Shown: positions 37,142 through 50,996 of the stretch, piece by piece
How the letters are laid out: every line of letters begins with the position of its first letter
Numbering within the stretch: position 1 is the first letter of the stretch
NCBI RefSeq assembly: GCF_963676685.1
Contig: NC_092353.1
Location: 27,156,001 to 27,220,000 of the forward strand
DNA: 64,000 nucleotides
Reading direction: 5' to 3'
Source of the DNA: Mytilus edulis
Taxonomy: Eukaryota
Program-made: the position numbers and the translations under genes
The notes under the pieces: generated by a model
What the model was told of the DNA's origin: nothing
Seen by the model: the letters and a program-made list of their open reading frames with translations, nothing else
Databases searched by the model: none

Positions 37142-40121
37142 TTATCAATCTTTAAATTTATAAAGGAAAATTTTAGAAAGGTTTGATATAAATCATGTCA
37201 GTACCGAAGTCCTGAATACTGAGCTGATGATACTCTAAGGGACTGATAGTCCACCAGCAGCTAGTGGTATTGACCCACTGCTATAAAAAAAAAATCTCAC
37301 AAAGTACGGACTACTGAGTTGATTATATCCGTTTAAGCTATTGGACGGTTTTTTTAAAGGTTGAGTTATTCAGCAGCTTTAAATCTAGTAGTTATAATAG
37401 ACATTTATCAATGGATACGAATTGTCATCACATTTCAATAGAATTTACCTAGCGTTAGTCATTAGTGGAGCAGAAACTATTGACCTTTTTATAGCCTGAG
37501 TTTAGCCAAAATTTGGTGTAGGTGTTGGTTACTTAATTTTTTGTTTTCACTGTATTATTTTGTGAACTGTTGTTTTTCTTAAAGTCATGTTTCATTATGG
37601 TCATAGTACTGTCTTAGTAGATTTTTTTACTTACGTGTTTTTGCATTCTTCAATGACCTGGAATAGTCAAAGTCTGTTCTTTTTTATTAACTTATTCTAG
37701 TATACGGGTTTCTTTTTCATTCGGGAAGGGATAAAATGACAATTTATGAACATAATTTCCCATGTTGATGTTGAGAAATTGTAGTTTTTTTCTGGGATGA
37801 TAATTTCAACAAAAATAAAATTGACTCTAACATGCACTAGTCAATCCCCTTACTGTAGTTTTGTCAAACACAATAGTTCATTACGAACTTTTGACTTTAA
37901 ATTATATAAACAGTACAAATTTTACTGCAACCGATTAAGCTCAAGTCCAAATTTTTGTATGCTGAGTTATCCAGCTTTATAATAGACATATTAATGAATA
38001 CGACTCATCAACACTTTTCAATTAACTCAGCAGTAGTCACAGTGGATCAGAAACTAATGAACTTTAAATATGTGACTTCAGCTCATTTTGTGTTGATCAA
38101 TCTTTTTTATCGTATTATTTTGTGAACTGTTGTCATGTTTCTTTTTGGTCATTGCAGATTTTTTTTACTTATGTGTTTTGACTGCATCCTTGTTTTCTTT
38201 TCCAATCTTGTTGTCGTTGTCAAGGTTAAGGGTCAAGGATGGTGATGTAAGAAGTTATTGGATAACAAGAGAACGTGATGATAATTAAGGACGAAAAAGT
38301 CATGAGAAGGTATATAAATGATTTAAATTCCTTTTTTCATCATTGGTTTAAACAAGAAATAAACTTTCTTTGATGACCTTGTATAATGATGAAATCCTGT
38401 TTTTTCAGTCACTGTTTGTTTTTATCTGGGGGGAGCACAATAGGAGAAATATATTAAAAAAAGTTCCCTTGTTGATGTTGAGGTTAAGAAATTTTTGGGT
38501 TTTTTCCTGGACGGAAAGTGTACACTTATGTTTCAATTCTAACTTAAATGGTTAGGCTGCTACTAAAAAGATTTGCCTTTCACAATGGGAGGTAAGTCTA
38601 TCAGTGAAATCAATAGATTTCCTTCTTGGACAAATTCCATAATTTTCAATTCAATTATAATTTCAACAAATGATATGGTCATTGAAAGATGGACAAAAAA
38701 TACCAGAGGAACATTCAAACTCATAAATCGAAAAAAATGACAACACATGGCTTATCAAGAAAAAGACAAACAATAGTACACAAAACACAACACAGAAAAC
38801 TAAAGACTAAGCAATACGAAACCTACTAAAAACTGGGAGTGAACTCAGTGCTCCAGAAGGGTAAGCAGATCCTGTTCCACATGGGGCACCAGTCATGTTA
38901 GTACAAACCTGGTAAATTTTAATTTGTTAGATCTCATTCATGAAAGGGGAACAAGATTGTAGTTATGACATAAGAAACATATCCCCTATCATCTGTGAAA
39001 CGGATATTCCAAAATGGTAAACCAACCTGTGATGGCATCCAGGACCATTTACAAAGGGATGATTTAAACTTCAACATTTGGAACTCTTGGTTTAATAGCT
39101 TCCATGTGAGCATTATTATTATTAAGGAAAATCATAAAAGAAAATACAAGCCAGGGAATATTGTATCAATTAGGAGACATACTCCATATGCAGGCCCTGC
39201 CTGAATGTAACTGCATAGAAATGGAAAGTTCACAATTGGGAAGATGAAATCATTTCTTTTGTCATGTTTTGTTTTCAACAGACCCTCATTGTCCATTTAT
39301 AGATTTAAGTCAAAATATGAGGCAGAACTAACTGCATCTCTGACATGCACAAGTCGATCCACTGACTGTATTTTGGTCAAACACAAAATTTCATGATGAC
39401 CTTTTTCTCTTTAAATAATATAAACAGCATCAATTTTACAGCACCAGATGCACAGTTCTATTAATATCTGTTCAGTCATTCTGAGGCCAAATATTTTAAA
39501 TTCCATAAACAGATGTTAAACCTTATTTTGTTTAGGTAAGTGTATATGTGTTAACCCTTTTTATGTTTCAGTAAGTGAATATCGGCTTTCTAAACTTTTA
39601 GTTCATTTTAAATGCAACAGCATACATATGTGGGTCTCCAAAAAATGTCCATCCTCCATTTTCCGCCCAACAAGGTAGCAAATAATGACAAATTTATAAA
39701 TTCAATGTGCCCAAATTGCAAAATATTTGAAAGTAAAGGAGGTATAAGAAGTAAAAAGGCTGAAAATCAACCAGACAGGACCTATATATTATAGACAAAT
39801 CCATCAACCACCAATTTTGTCTGATGTAGTTGAACCCTTACCATTTGAATAATTCATAAACAGATAATTTAAGAAAGTTTTCCCATAAATCATGTAAGTT
39901 TAATGTGGATTTCCATCTCTTATAATTTGTTTCAATGGCACCAAATTGTTTTTTTTATGTTTCCCTTTGTTTTGTAGCATGCTGTGGTTGTCAAAATATG
40001 TAGGGAATAAAATCATAACACCTAGGGTTTCTTGGTGACATTAGCAGAAATAATTTAAATCTACTGCCATAAAAAACATATATTTGGCATAGAAAAAAAC
40101 TATACAATTTAAATACATTTA

Positions 40122-42105
40122 TTATCTTCTAAACCATGGTGGTATACTAAGTCTATCCCAGTTTTTCTGTTGCTGTCTTAGGAAGGCTCTATCTGTTGTT
40201 TCAAATTCGTCTTTGTCTTTTTCATACTGACTCATTATAGATGACACATCAGGGTATTCAAACGTCTGCCCACCTGCCTGTAAAATAACTTTTAAATGTC
40301 ATTTCTATTACCAAAAACAAGATGCACTAGTCAAAGGAAATACTTTAGCATTTCAATTTGGCTGGCAGTAATGTAATAGTTGCCATCACTAGTTAAAATG
40401 TAATGCCTACATATTCTATCTCCTCTCAACAGAAAATTGTATTCCAAAATTATATGTATATTTGAAAATAATAACCTTTCAGAAAAGGATCACCACCTTC
40501 TATTGAAGTTCTTGACACTTACTGAAATATTTAACTATGTGTGTATGAATTTCTGGACCAGGACTAACAGCTTAGTACCTGATGTTCTTTGCTAAACACA
40601 CATTGCAATTTTGAAAAATGTAGGTTAGAACACTATTTATATTGAATAATTTTCTGTAGCTTTTCCAACCAATTATTCAAAATAAATTTAACAATTTTAT
40701 TCTTTCAAAGATATCTCCCTCTAGAAATCATACTTTATGTTTATAATACTTGATAAAAATCAGCTTAAATTATTTTTTGTATACTAATTGTCTAAAAAGA
40801 GACTGTAAATGTACTTAAAACTTACCAATGTTACATATGCCTTTTTCTTTGGTTCTTCATATGGCTTTTGTTTGTATACTCCAGGTTTGCCTAAAATTGT
40901 ATACACATAAAATATATTTAGTGTTAACTAAAGATAATATTTTCTATCACTAATCAACTGATTTGTCTAATTTGATCATAACCATCATAACTGTAAGATG
41001 TGTACATATCTCACCAATGTGTGGCCTATAGCAAAAAGTCATATCTAAGAAAGGGATTCTTAATACTTTAGCAGTACTAACTCTTCTTTTATTAAAAAAC
41101 AACAAAAACATAATACAAAGTAGGCCATGGTGAGTAATTTATTATTGCTATAAAATAGTTAGGGTAAAATAATTAACAAGTACTAATGGTTTGTCAAATT
41201 TGTAAAGCAAAAGGGTATAATATGAGCATTTTCTAATCTTTTATTAATCAGTGATATTTGCAAAACATTGTTGGTCTTACCGTCTTCATTATTTACAGCA
41301 ATCTTTAACACAGGAACATTATATATTTTCTCTAAATACTGCTTTATATCATGCTTGCTCATTCTGAAAATGGAAAAACATTTTTGTTAACCTTAACTTT
41401 TTTTAAATTGCACCAAATTTATTTCAATTCACTGTAGTCAAAACGAGATGGATTTTGAGCTACTTCTCTGACACTTATTTATTACCAAACTCTTTAAAAA
41501 ACCTGAATTTCAGATGAAAACAAAATGAACTATTCAAAAGGTTAAAGAAAGGCAATTTTTTTTATTGGTTCTGTAAATAATATATTACTTGATAGTAACC
41601 AGACACCTTTGGAAAGTCGAAAGTTGGTGCAATTGACCTGCAGGCAAGATTATATTTGCTTGCAAAGAACTGATAATTGAACATTTTGCTGGAATACAAT
41701 ATAAAGGGGATGTAATACATGCATACATACATTGTAGCTGGACTTATATTGTAAAAACTTTGTAATCAAAGTGCTAGTAAGAACTGAAGGGTAAAGATTG
41801 CTTTAATTCATAAGTGGGAAGTAAAATTAAATATTTCAATGCATTTAGCATTGGATGTACATTTGAGTTGACACTCAAATGGGTATAACAATTTCTCCTG
41901 TAAAGTTGATGACTCCAAAGGCTAAAAGCTGCATGATATGCAAATAATAACTTACTGCGGGTGAACCTCAAAATGAACTTGATTTTTTGGAACTTCTCTG
42001 TGTGGTTTGATCAATTTCATCCAAAAGTGACATAATAATATACGATTCTGTGGTCCACCTTGCTGATACAATGGATAGTTGGGTACTTTCTGTTTCCACA
42101 ATGGG
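40122..42105 (-). CDS. MRPL23: 39S mitochondrial ribosomal protein L23 (uL23m); four exons, 5' exon not located
   Basis: Exons 42105-41956 (PLWKQKVPNYPLYQQGGPQNRILLCHFWMKLIKP...VHFEVHPQ), 41363-41281 (MSKHDIKQYLEKIYNVPV), 40890-40826 (KKAYVTL), 40277-40122 (GQTFEYPD...IPPWFRR*). All GT-AG and in phase. They match the MRPL23 motifs YPLY..GGPQ, YLE.IYNVPV, K.AYV.L, GQTF..PD and the terminal P.WF. Confidence 0.92.
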
Positions 42106-42789
42106 CTAAAAGTAGAAACATTATTACTTATATTAATTATTATATACATGTACTTTGCATATGCATACATTCAACATACATCGAAACAGATGTATCTATT
42201 ATGGATAGTGATTTTTCTTGAATCTTTGGAATTTGTTAATCTGACATGTTCTTCCTTTGAGAATTGTTTATATAAAAATATATGTCTGATGTAGTACATA
42301 CATGTTGCGACAACCAAAGAATTAGATAAAAACAAGTAAAGGTTATGACACAACCTTTAACAATAAGCAAAACCATACTGAAGCTGTAAAATGCTTAAAA
42401 CAGAATGACATAAATGCTGAATACAATAATCTACCAAAAAAACAAGCATTGCCGACAACCAATGAATAACAGGCTCCAAACTGGGACAGGCACATATAGA
42501 ATAAGGCAGAAATAAACATGCTGGTCAGTGTCCAATCCTCCATCTAACCCTGAACAGTGGTATAACAGCACAACACAAGAACAAACTTAAACAAATGGTT
42601 TCCAGGAGCCTGTATTGCTTGGATCAGATTTTTGACAAAACAAATTGATAGATTGCAAAGATTATTTGATGAAAATTTGATAGATCTTGACATTTTGAGT
42701 ATTTACATGATTTCACATAGTATGCATGTAAGTGATATGGGTCTATAATTTATTGCATTGTGTTTATCCCCTTTTTTAAATACATTGTA

Positions 42790-43980
42790 CCGTACAGACA
42801 TTTGCATGTTTCCAAACTTCTAGGTTTTTTGCCTATGCCATGAAAGACATGGACCAGTTGCTTTATTAGAATTGATCTTGTCCAGTAATTTTGTGACACC
42901 GTTCTTTAAAATTGTGATGTTTTTTTTTTCTTTTTTGGATAGTTTGATTTCCCTTTATCCCCTTAGGTTCACTTGATGTTTCTTCCAAATGCTTTTTAAA
43001 ATTGACTATTTAGAGTGTTGGCTTTATCAGATACATGTGTTATCAGTTAGTTTTCCAACTTTTCTAAGTGCAGCAATGCCAGTGTTGTCAGTTTTCATAC
43101 GTTTTATGTATGTAAACAACTTCCTATAGGTTGTTATTGTCTGATGTTGTTGTCTGGTTCTTCTACTGCCCAGTAGGCATTACACATTTCTTCTTGTAAT
43201 GTTCTTTTTAAGTTTTTGTATTTTTTTTTATTTTTGGACTGGTTTTGCACTTTTATAATTATAATTTGATTATCAAGAATTTTGTATGTGTTATCAACGA
43301 ATGTAGGACAGAAAGTCACAGACAAAAAGTCACGGACTAAAAGTCACAGGACAAAAAGTCACAATTCATTTTTTCTGATTATTTTCTTTGAATAAAAACC
43401 GCTTATTTCTACAAAAATATTTTTGTATTTTTCTGGAACTATTGTATAAAACCAACTTTGTAAACAAAATTTATCAAAAAAATTCCAAAGATGATCAAAT
43501 AATTGTTAAAAAAACAAAATGTCAAAGTGGTTTGGCACTTTAATGGCTTCGTGGTGCCAAGAAATCTTTCTTTTGCATGATTAAAATTCAATAAATCTTG
43601 ATTTTTCAAGTATAATGACCATGATGACACATTTCCTAAACTTTAATATGAATATATGTATTAAAAAGTAAATATTTCAAGATATTTCTCTTATATATTA
43701 AAACAATTGTCAACAAATTATTTGTGACTTTTTGTCCTACCAAATTTGCGACTTTATGTCCTGTGACTTTCTGTCCGTTTATTTTATCAACCTAGGGTAG
43801 TTTTTACTTGTTTGTGATTGTCTTCTGGGGGATGTTTTTCTTGGACGATTGAAGTTGCCTTTCAGTGAATGTATTTCACAGATCATTAGTAGAGATGAAG
43901 TTTATAAATGACCTTTGATTTCTTGTGCGAGTTTGTTCATATCTTGTTCGATGTTTTTCCCAGTTAGCTTTTTATATCAA
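42790..43980 (-). pseudogene. Decayed CR1/L2-like LINE fragment, interrupted by a MITE
   Basis: Frameshifted peptides KANWEK, RKLFTYIKRMKTDNTGIAALRK, DKANTLNSQF, KLLDKINSNKATGP, EVWKHANV. Confidence 0.6.
43299..43783. mobile_element. MULE/Rehavkus-like MITE with subterminal repeats
   Basis: Exact 8-bp TSD TTATCAAC (43291-43298 and 43784-43791); TIR GGACAGAAAGTCACA; repeated AAAAGTCAC units at both ends. Confidence 0.75.
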
Positions 43981-44658
43981 TAACAAAATTGCACGCTTTC
44001 ATTTCGTTACATTCAATGGAGAATATAATGGGGCTATACAATACAAAATATATTACATTCTTGAATGAAATTTGCCAAATTTTGCTAGTTTTGATGCCAT
44101 TATTGCATTTATAATGCTCAAAGTCAAGTTTCACATCGTTGTTTAACTCTTTAATGTGGAGACACGTTTTCTATCGGAGAGGCTAGAACCATACAAGCAG
44201 TCCCGAATATGATACCAAGTAAATTAATACTGAAATATGAAACGTTTTACGCACGTTTTTAAGGTTATTTCATCAATTTAGGGACTTATCATTTTTTACC
44301 TTGGAGGGGGGCCTGATCATTTGGAAATCAAAAACATATTAAATTTTATTGACCCCCCCTAATATTTCACTTTTTTTTTTATTTCATCCCCCTTAAAAAC
44401 ATTTGAAAAAAACTGTGACCCCTCTATTAAACCAGGAACATATATATTAGATTTACTGTTTCTAGATTTTGAAATAGAAAACGCTTGTCATGTTATTTTA
44501 CAGTAATATTGCAAACATGAAATATTCTCAGTGGAATGAGTCTCAAAAATATATTTGAGGAAAAATTGCCTTGAAATAGGGCTCTTTCAAGAAATATGTG
44601 TAGGTAGAGAAAGCCAATCTGTACTTTTGCAAGGATTTGTATAGCAAATCCTTGACTT

Positions 44659-45508
44659 TTGGTAATTTAAATGGAATTTCCGCCCTTTATTATTTAGTTT
44701 TGCCTATTTATACATATGATGATATTTATTTTTATCTTATCTTTGTATTGCTCATAATTATCTACAACTTACTTAAAATTGAAAAGGATACTTTTTCTTA
44801 CTTTTTTTTTCCTAATTTCATATCTTGTGCAAAAGAAAACTTGTTCGTCAGTAAATTTGTTAAAAAAAAAAATATACAGTAAAAAGTATAAGTTTTTTGA
44901 AACAGTAACTACACTTTATTTGATAAAAAGGATCTATTATATATATACCCTTTCTTGAACGCTTCGTCAAACTTCAGTTTACGTGAGGCCTTATTGACAG
45001 CTCCGTGGATTTGGTAGACTTATATATGGATAGTTCATTCAGCTTGAACAATTCATGTACTCATTTATAGTCACGTATCTCACATTTCTTCTTGCGTTAG
45101 TAACCCCACAAAACAAAAATTAGATAGATCCGTCATGATAAACTAATTGATCCTGCGAATAAACTTATTCTTATATAAGGACAATACAATACAATTGTAA
45201 GATTATGGAATCTTATTTGATCGTTTTTACATTGATTTTGTTTTTCATATATTCAAACATTACTAAACTTTTTTTTATCGCTTTACATTTATGAAATTAA
45301 TGACGTCTATAGATAACTAAATCCATTAGATTTTTAAACTTCTTACTTTTATGATCTTTTATATTTGAAATCATTTTTTCCTTTTCAATTTTAAGTAAGT
45401 TGTAGATAATTATGAGCAATACAAAGATAAGATAAAAATAAATATCAGCATATGTATAAATAGGCAAAACTAAATAATAAAGGGCGGAAATTCCATTTAA
45501 ATTACCAA
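44659..45508. mobile_element. Long-TIR (about 130 bp) non-autonomous DNA element
   Basis: 44659-44790 and 45375-45508 are near-perfect reverse complements (TTGGTAATTTAAATGGAATTTCCGCCCTTTATT...); no clear TSD. Confidence 0.7.
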
Positions 45509-46849
45509 TGTTTTCGATATCACGAATAACATGATCATAACATTATAATGATCTAGTTAGCCTAGTTCATGGACAAATGCAGATTTATCATGATTAAGAA
45601 ATGTTGTTTATTTACATAATTTATGTTTAAATGGAGAATTTGATAAAACTATTATTTCAAACTACCAGAGACAAATTTATTAAATAGAAATTTTAATCAC
45701 ATATAAGTATGTCATCTTACTTTGGTATAAATCATTTATTTATTGGACAGTGCAAAGAAAAAGGGGGGATAATCTGATCAAACAGACAAGCTTAACATTT
45801 TGATTTCGTCATTGTTTGGTTCTTTAAAACAGAAACTAAAAACCACAACGTTATTCAACTTCCTCTTTGAAAACATGTAAACAAGTGTCTTTTAAATCAA
45901 ATGAGATCGCCATCAAATACGAAATTCAATATGTTAATCGTCAATTCAATACTTTCATATAGTATGTTTTACTGTTGTACCGCAATACCACTGTACGTTA
46001 TTTAGAGAAGGGGCCAGATTACCCCGGCCTCCACATTTTCAGTTATGTTCATATGTACATACCATTGTTTCACATTTTGTAATCCCAGAGATTGTGTTTC
46101 GAGTGCCTATATAGACTATATAATGCGAAACGAAACAAAAAGAAACAGAATCAACGAGAAATATCAAACGAAACAAAAAGAATTAATCGAAATTGTTACT
46201 AGGGGCGAAAGCAAATATAAAGGACACTGAGGCATGGGGCGAATTAGACTGCAATGTAATGCATTATCAAAGGATCAAAAAGTTAGATAATGAGACGAAA
46301 AAAAATGTTCCTTTTAATATTATTTTTTTTATCGTACATGAGCCGCTTGCTAAATTTTTGCTGCAATTCATGTGAAATATATCGACTCAGAGGTTGTCGT
46401 CATGTTGCTGTATATATCATGTTTTTCGTTTATTGTATTGTACATTTAAATCTTTATAGCTGTTTTTTTACATTTGTCATTTCAGTCTAATAAATATATG
46501 ATAGATTACTATGCGGTATTGTGTTTGCTCATTGTTGAAGGTCTTACGATGACTCATAATTGTAAACTTCTATTTCATTTGGTCTCTGATGTAGAGTTTG
46601 ATAAACTTGTGTATCATGTTTATGTTATTTTTAAAACAATAAAGTCGGGCTCGATTGTTTTAAAAATCCTACATGCAACTTTTGATGTAGCGCCTATTAA
46701 AAGAAACACTATGATAGGATGTTAAATTCATTTGCTATCAATGTTTAACTACCCACACAAAGGCATTGTAAAAAATGTCAGTATATAATAAATGCTATTC
46801 TGTCTGATTCAGAATTTCTGTGTGTCCTTCTTTCAATTAGTCTTTCTTA

Positions 46850-47300
46850 TTTTGTTGTGTAGAATAACATGCCTCATTTTGATTCTTGATACAAGCCGAC
46901 GTGCACATTCTGCACCAAAGTGAAAGCATCTTAGAGGTTTTTTTAACATTTCAACTTAGGACCGAAGTATGATCTAAAGTCGTAACTTTTAAAAGTAAAT
47001 CATATGCCGAATTACTATACTTATTTGAGAATTCTTGGCTACAACCATAACACTTATGGATCAAACCAGCACAAAATGTCAGATGAAATGGTACATCAAG
47101 TGTTGAAGTTTCTTTTGAACATATTTCTGTACTTCGATATTGCTGCGTTATACCGAAATCGGGTCTTCGAAATTTAATGCAATTCAGAATGCACTTTGGC
47201 ATCACAACTTACCCGATCCTAATTTGAAGATGATTGTGAACAGTCTGGCATACTTTTTAGTTGACATGACAGTTGATTCCAAATATGGTTTTCATTTCAG
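46850..47300 (-). pseudogene. Decayed Cys/His-rich ORF relic, probably transposon-associated
   Basis: PFHLTFCAGLIHKCYGCSQEF...YDLLLK followed by frameshifted HFGAECARR; a CYGC...H...C zinc-finger-like pattern. Confidence 0.35.
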
Positions 47301-47458
47301 ATTGAGGTGGGGTTGGTAATAAGATATAATCATGCTTGAAATCGGGGACACTTGTCACAAACAGAGCTTCAAAAATCCAAATTTGAACAGCACCAAAGTA
47401 GGTAAATACAGATTTCAGAATAGTTTATTAAAGTCTCACAAAGTAAATACATGTAGGA

Positions 47459-49187
47459 AACAAGAGGCTCTCAAGAGCCTGAATCGCTCACCTGAATTTT
47501 TTTGGTTTAATCTCTCATCAATGATTATTTTGGCTTTTCAATTTATTTAAATGTTCTTTGAATCGTCCTATTTTCTTCAAAAGCAAAAAAAAATCATTTT
47601 CTCCTATGTTCTATTTTAGCCATAGGAGCTATGTTTCTTGACATACAAGGAAATGAAATATAAAATTTATACTAGATACTCTGAAACTCTGAAACTCATT
47701 TAGCCTAAGTTTGGCTGAAATTGATACAGCAGTTTCATAAGAGAAGATTTTTTAAAGTAAGTCAACATGATGAACAAATTGTGAAAAAAGTCTTTAAAGG
47801 GCAATAACTCCTAAAGAGGTCAATTGACAATTTTGGTCAAATTGACTTATTTGTAGATCTTACTTTGCTGATCATATTTGCTGTTTACAGTTTATCTTTA
47901 TCTATAATAATATTCAAGATAATGACCAAAAACTGCAAAATTTCATTAAAATTACCAATTAAGTGGCAGCAACCCAACAATTGGATGTTTGATTCATCTG
48001 AAAATTTCAGGGCTGATAGATATTGACCTAATGAACATTTTTACTCCATGTCAGATTTGCTCTTAATGCTTTCGTTTTTGAGATATAAGCCAAAAACTGC
48101 ATTTGACCCCTATGTTCTATTTTAAGTAACGGCGGCCATGTTTTTTGACGGATCAAAAATCAAAGCACACACTTTGTGCAGGATAATCTAAGGAACAACC
48201 ATGCTAAGTTTTAACCAAATCCATTCAGTAGTTTCAGAGGAGAAGATTTTTTAAAGTTAGCAAATATGATGAACAAATTGTGAAAAATTGTCATTAAAGG
48301 ACAATAACCCCTTAAGGGGTCAATTGACAATTTTGGTCATATTAACTTATTTGTAGATCTTACTTTGCTGATCTTTTTTGCTCTTTACAGTTTATCTTTA
48401 TCTATAATGATATTCAAGATAATGACCAAAAACTGCAAAATTTCCTTAAAATTACCAATTAAGTGGCAGCAACCCAACAATTGGATGTTTGATTCATCTG
48501 AAAATTTCAGGGCTGATAGATATTGACCTAATGAACATTTTTACTCCATGTCAGATTTGCTCTTAATGCTTTCGTTTTTGAGATATAAGCCAACAACTGC
48601 ATTTGACCCCTATGTTCTATTTTAAGTAACGGCGGCCATGTTTTTTGACGGATCAAAAATCAAAGCACACACTTTGTGCAGGATAATCTAAGGAACAACC
48701 ATGCTAAGTTTTAACCAAATCCATTCAGTAGTTTCAGAGGAGAAGATTTTTTAAAGTTAGCAAATATGATGAACAAATTGTGAAAAATTGTCATTAAAGG
48801 ACAATAACCCCTTAAGGGGTCAATTGACAATTTTGGTCATATTAACTTATTTGTAGATCTTACTTTGCTGATCTTTTTTGCTGTTTACAGTTTATCTTTA
48901 TCTATAATAATATTCAAGATAATGACCAAAAACTGCAAAATTTCCTTAAAATTACCAATTAAGTGGCAGTAACCCAACAATGGTTTGTTTGATTCATCTG
49001 AAAATTTCAGGGCTGATAGATCTTGACCTAATGAACATTTTTACTCCATGTCAGATTTGCTCTAAATGCTTTCGTTTTTGAGATATAAGCCAAAAACTGC
49101 ATTTGACCCCTATGTTCTATTTTAAGTAACGGCGGCCATGTTTTTTGACGGATCAAAAATCGAAGCGCACATTTTGTGCAGGATATA
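47459..49187 (+). repeat. HINE-like element with about three near-identical 500-bp tandem units
   Basis: AAACAAGAGGCTCTCAAGAGCC start; AAAATTTCAGGGCTGATAGA at 48001, 48501 and 49001. Confidence 0.85.
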
Positions 49188-49192
49188 TACGG

Positions 49193-50465
49193 CAGGGCCG
49201 TAACTAGCCTATGGTAATAATGAGGCAAAATATTTGAAAAATTTTGGGCGAGGGGTCTGGGGGCCACTCAAGGCCCCCAGTAGCTCTGAGAAAAATAACG
49301 CAAAATCGTGCATTTTGAGCGTTTCCCAGACTTTTTCTTGCATTGAAACGGCTTAATTAGTTTTTAGATATTTTTTTCGACAATCAGGTCCCAAAGCAAA
49401 AACAAATATTAATTGTAATTTTAGAACTTCCATTTGTTGTAATTTAAGACTTTTAGGTATTAGAGACAACATTAAAAGACTAATATGTAGGATAAAGCGA
49501 AAATTGTAATTCTCATAATTATTAATACCGTATCTGTCTGTCTGTTCTTGTCTTGTATTGTGATTAGACTTTGGTGATTTTTTCTATGACTAGATTTTAA
49601 TATAGTGACATTGCTGTATTATACTTTAAGTACTAGTACTGCTTAAGTCCACACTAGGGACCATCTTCACCTTGTTTTACGATCTTTTACGGTATTAATG
49701 ATTTTTAAAAGTATTGTTGAAGACCATCCGGCAACTATCAAGATGAAGAGCAGGAACACAAACTTTGACCATTGATCATTTGTATTTTTTCTATGCATTG
49801 ACTTTATGTGCGATTATGTCCCCATACTCTTTCATTATCTGTTAAAGGGTCTCATCACGACTTAATGCAAGTTTAAACTTTCAATGTAAAAGGTCATATA
49901 TGGCAATACCTTGTTTTTTTTTTCTTCAAATTATTTGATACCGGGAAATATGTGACCTGACTTCAATTCAAACCATGTCAGCTATCTAGTTTTTTTTACA
50001 ATAAAATAAACTGTTTTGTATTCTTTGATATCAATTTCAATTATTCATGCAGAAAGGACATTTTTTTTGTGTCCACTGAGTAGCATCGCATGTTCTTAAA
50101 ATATATTTATCGAACAATTCTGGACATCGGTGGACATGTAACATTGCAAAATCACGTTTACAAATGAATATCATCGCTCAGACTATAGTCATAAAGGAGG
50201 ACAATAAATGAACAAAAGACAAACCCGGAACACAGAAGTACAAACAATAGACCATCAACTCTGAAAACTAAACGGAAAATAGAAACATGGATAACGAAAA
50301 ACATCCAGAGGATACACCAGGGAGTGAAGAGAATTTGCTTCTTGCAAGACACTTTCCGTGAAAACAATTTGAGTATGAAAACAACCTTTTGTTTCATTTT
50401 TTTTTTTTTTGAAATTTTTTACATGAGGCATTTGCCTCATTTGCCTCAATGTAGTTACGGCCCTG
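49193..50465. mobile_element. 1.27-kb TIR element abutting and truncating the 500-bp array
   Basis: TIR CAGGGCCGTAACTA / TAGTTACGGCCCTG; 5-bp flanks TACGG/TACAG. Confidence 0.7.
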
Positions 50466-50996
50466 TACAGTAACGGAATATAATAGATAATGGAATGTAA
50501 TATTTTTTGTATTCAAAATAACATAAAAAAAAATGTGGTGCACTCTTTCAATAACCCGCTACGCGGGTTATTCAGCGTGCACCACATTTTTAATGTTATT
50601 TCTTCATTTCTTATAAGTTAATCTTAATTCCGGGGTAAATCATGAAAAAACTTTGATGACGTCACGGTCACATGACAAAATTATGTCTATGGGTTGATAA
50701 ACAAAACGACGTCAGCGGCAATCAGAAGACGCGTTACATCCAAAATTAAATTATTTAAAATAAACATAACCACATAAATATTCATGATCGTATGTTACCA
50801 AAACATATATTTATATTGAGCGCTGTAAATTCTAAATCATAATGAATACTTGCTCAATATTAAACAAAATATTTAACTCACTGACATTCTACAAGTGCTA
50901 GAATAATTTACTATATATACTCCAATATTTCACTCCAAATATTCAATCCAAATTTTACTCCAACACTCCACTCCAATGTCAAAATAGCGATGGTTT

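Noticed and set aside
45084-45136. Phase-compatible candidate MRPL23 exon 1 (MTDLSNFCFVGLLTQEE)
   Set aside because: It lies inside the long-TIR element at 44659-45508 and does not resemble a mitochondrial presequence.
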